Part shown: positions 63,471 to 64,000 of the stretch, piece by piece
Layout of the letters: each line of letters starts with the position of its first letter
How positions within the stretch are numbered: position 1 is the stretch's first letter
NCBI GenBank assembly: GCA_900088475.1
Contig: FLMG01000742.1
Location: 3,508-67,507, forward strand
Direction: 5' to 3'
Length of the DNA stretch: 64,000 nucleotides
Source: Hyphochytrium catenoides
Taxonomy: Eukaryota > Protista > Hyphochytriomycota
Translations under genes and position numbers: made by a program
The notes under the pieces: generated by a model
Databases searched by the model: none
Told to the model about the DNA's origin: nothing
The model's input: only the letters and a program-made list of their open reading frames with translations

Positions 63471-64000
63471 GGCAGCGGGGTAAGATGAGGGTAAGGGCAG
63501 CGTGTTAGGACAGAGTGTGAGGACAGCGTGTTAGAGCACCGTGTTCAACCAGCGTGTAAAGCTAGTGGTAGCGTTAAACGAAAGACCAGCGGGTTAGAGG
63601 TTAAAGTTTGGCAGCGGGTTAGGACGGGGGTAAGGGTAGCGTGTCAGGGCAGTGTGTTATGGCAGCGTGTTATGGCAGCCGGTTATGGCAACGAATTAGT
63701 GCAGCGTGTTATGAAAAGCATGTTATGGCAGCGTATTATGGCAGCGTATTATGGCAGCTTCTTATGGCAGCGTGTTATGGCAGTGTCTAGAGCAGCGTGT
63801 TAGAGCACCGTGTTAGGGCAGCATGTTAAGTAAGTGCTAGCGTTAGGGAGAGGGCAGCGAGTTAGAGTGTTACAGTAAGGGCAGCGGTTAGGATAAGGGT
63901 AAGAACAGCGTGTTTGGACAACGTGTGAGAGCAGCGTGCTAGGGTAGCGTGTGAAGTTAGTGTTAGCGTTGTAAAAAGGGAAGGAGGTTAGGGGGTTAGA
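63471..64000 (+). repeat. Degenerate 13-bp G-rich tandem repeat (GGCAGCGTGTTA[T/G]) mixed with TTAGGG-like hexamers; probable subtelomere
   Basis: ggcagcgtgttat and variants are repeated at about 63648-63790, with gttagggcagc, gggttag, gggtaagg and ggttaggggg interspersed to the window end. Confidence 0.8.

Overview
Eukaryotic, intron-rich genomic DNA from a draft assembly (about 50% GC by eye, five N gaps). It comes from a flagellated organism, probably a stramenopile-type protist (inference). The left and centre (1-44.6 kb) are gene-dense: the 3' part of an unknown multi-exon gene (+); an intronless Pro-rich type I membrane mucin (-); a 5-exon, 838-aa polytopic membrane protein built from two copies of one TM module (-); guanine deaminase (+); and a ~79-intron outer-arm dynein beta-type heavy chain (-, 20821-44566). 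I traced the dynein exon by exon. It uses the standard code, has one obligatory GC-AG intron and a probable 9-nt micro-exon, and two N gaps hide coding sequence. The right part (45-64 kb) looks accessory or subtelomeric: a MITE-like inverted repeat, a possible tyrosine-recombinase relic, an intact 101-aa six-Cys secreted protein, a decayed mucin + 3x ConA/LamG-like pseudogene, a C-C-C-H zinc-finger ORF behind a 13-bp minisatellite, CT/GA microsatellite fields and ~400-bp direct repeats. The window ends in a degenerate 13-bp repeat built around TTAGGG. I see no CRISPR array, rRNA or tRNA, and I cannot demonstrate a complete new system. The best leads are the small secreted protein, the duplicated-module membrane protein and the telomere-like 13-mer array.
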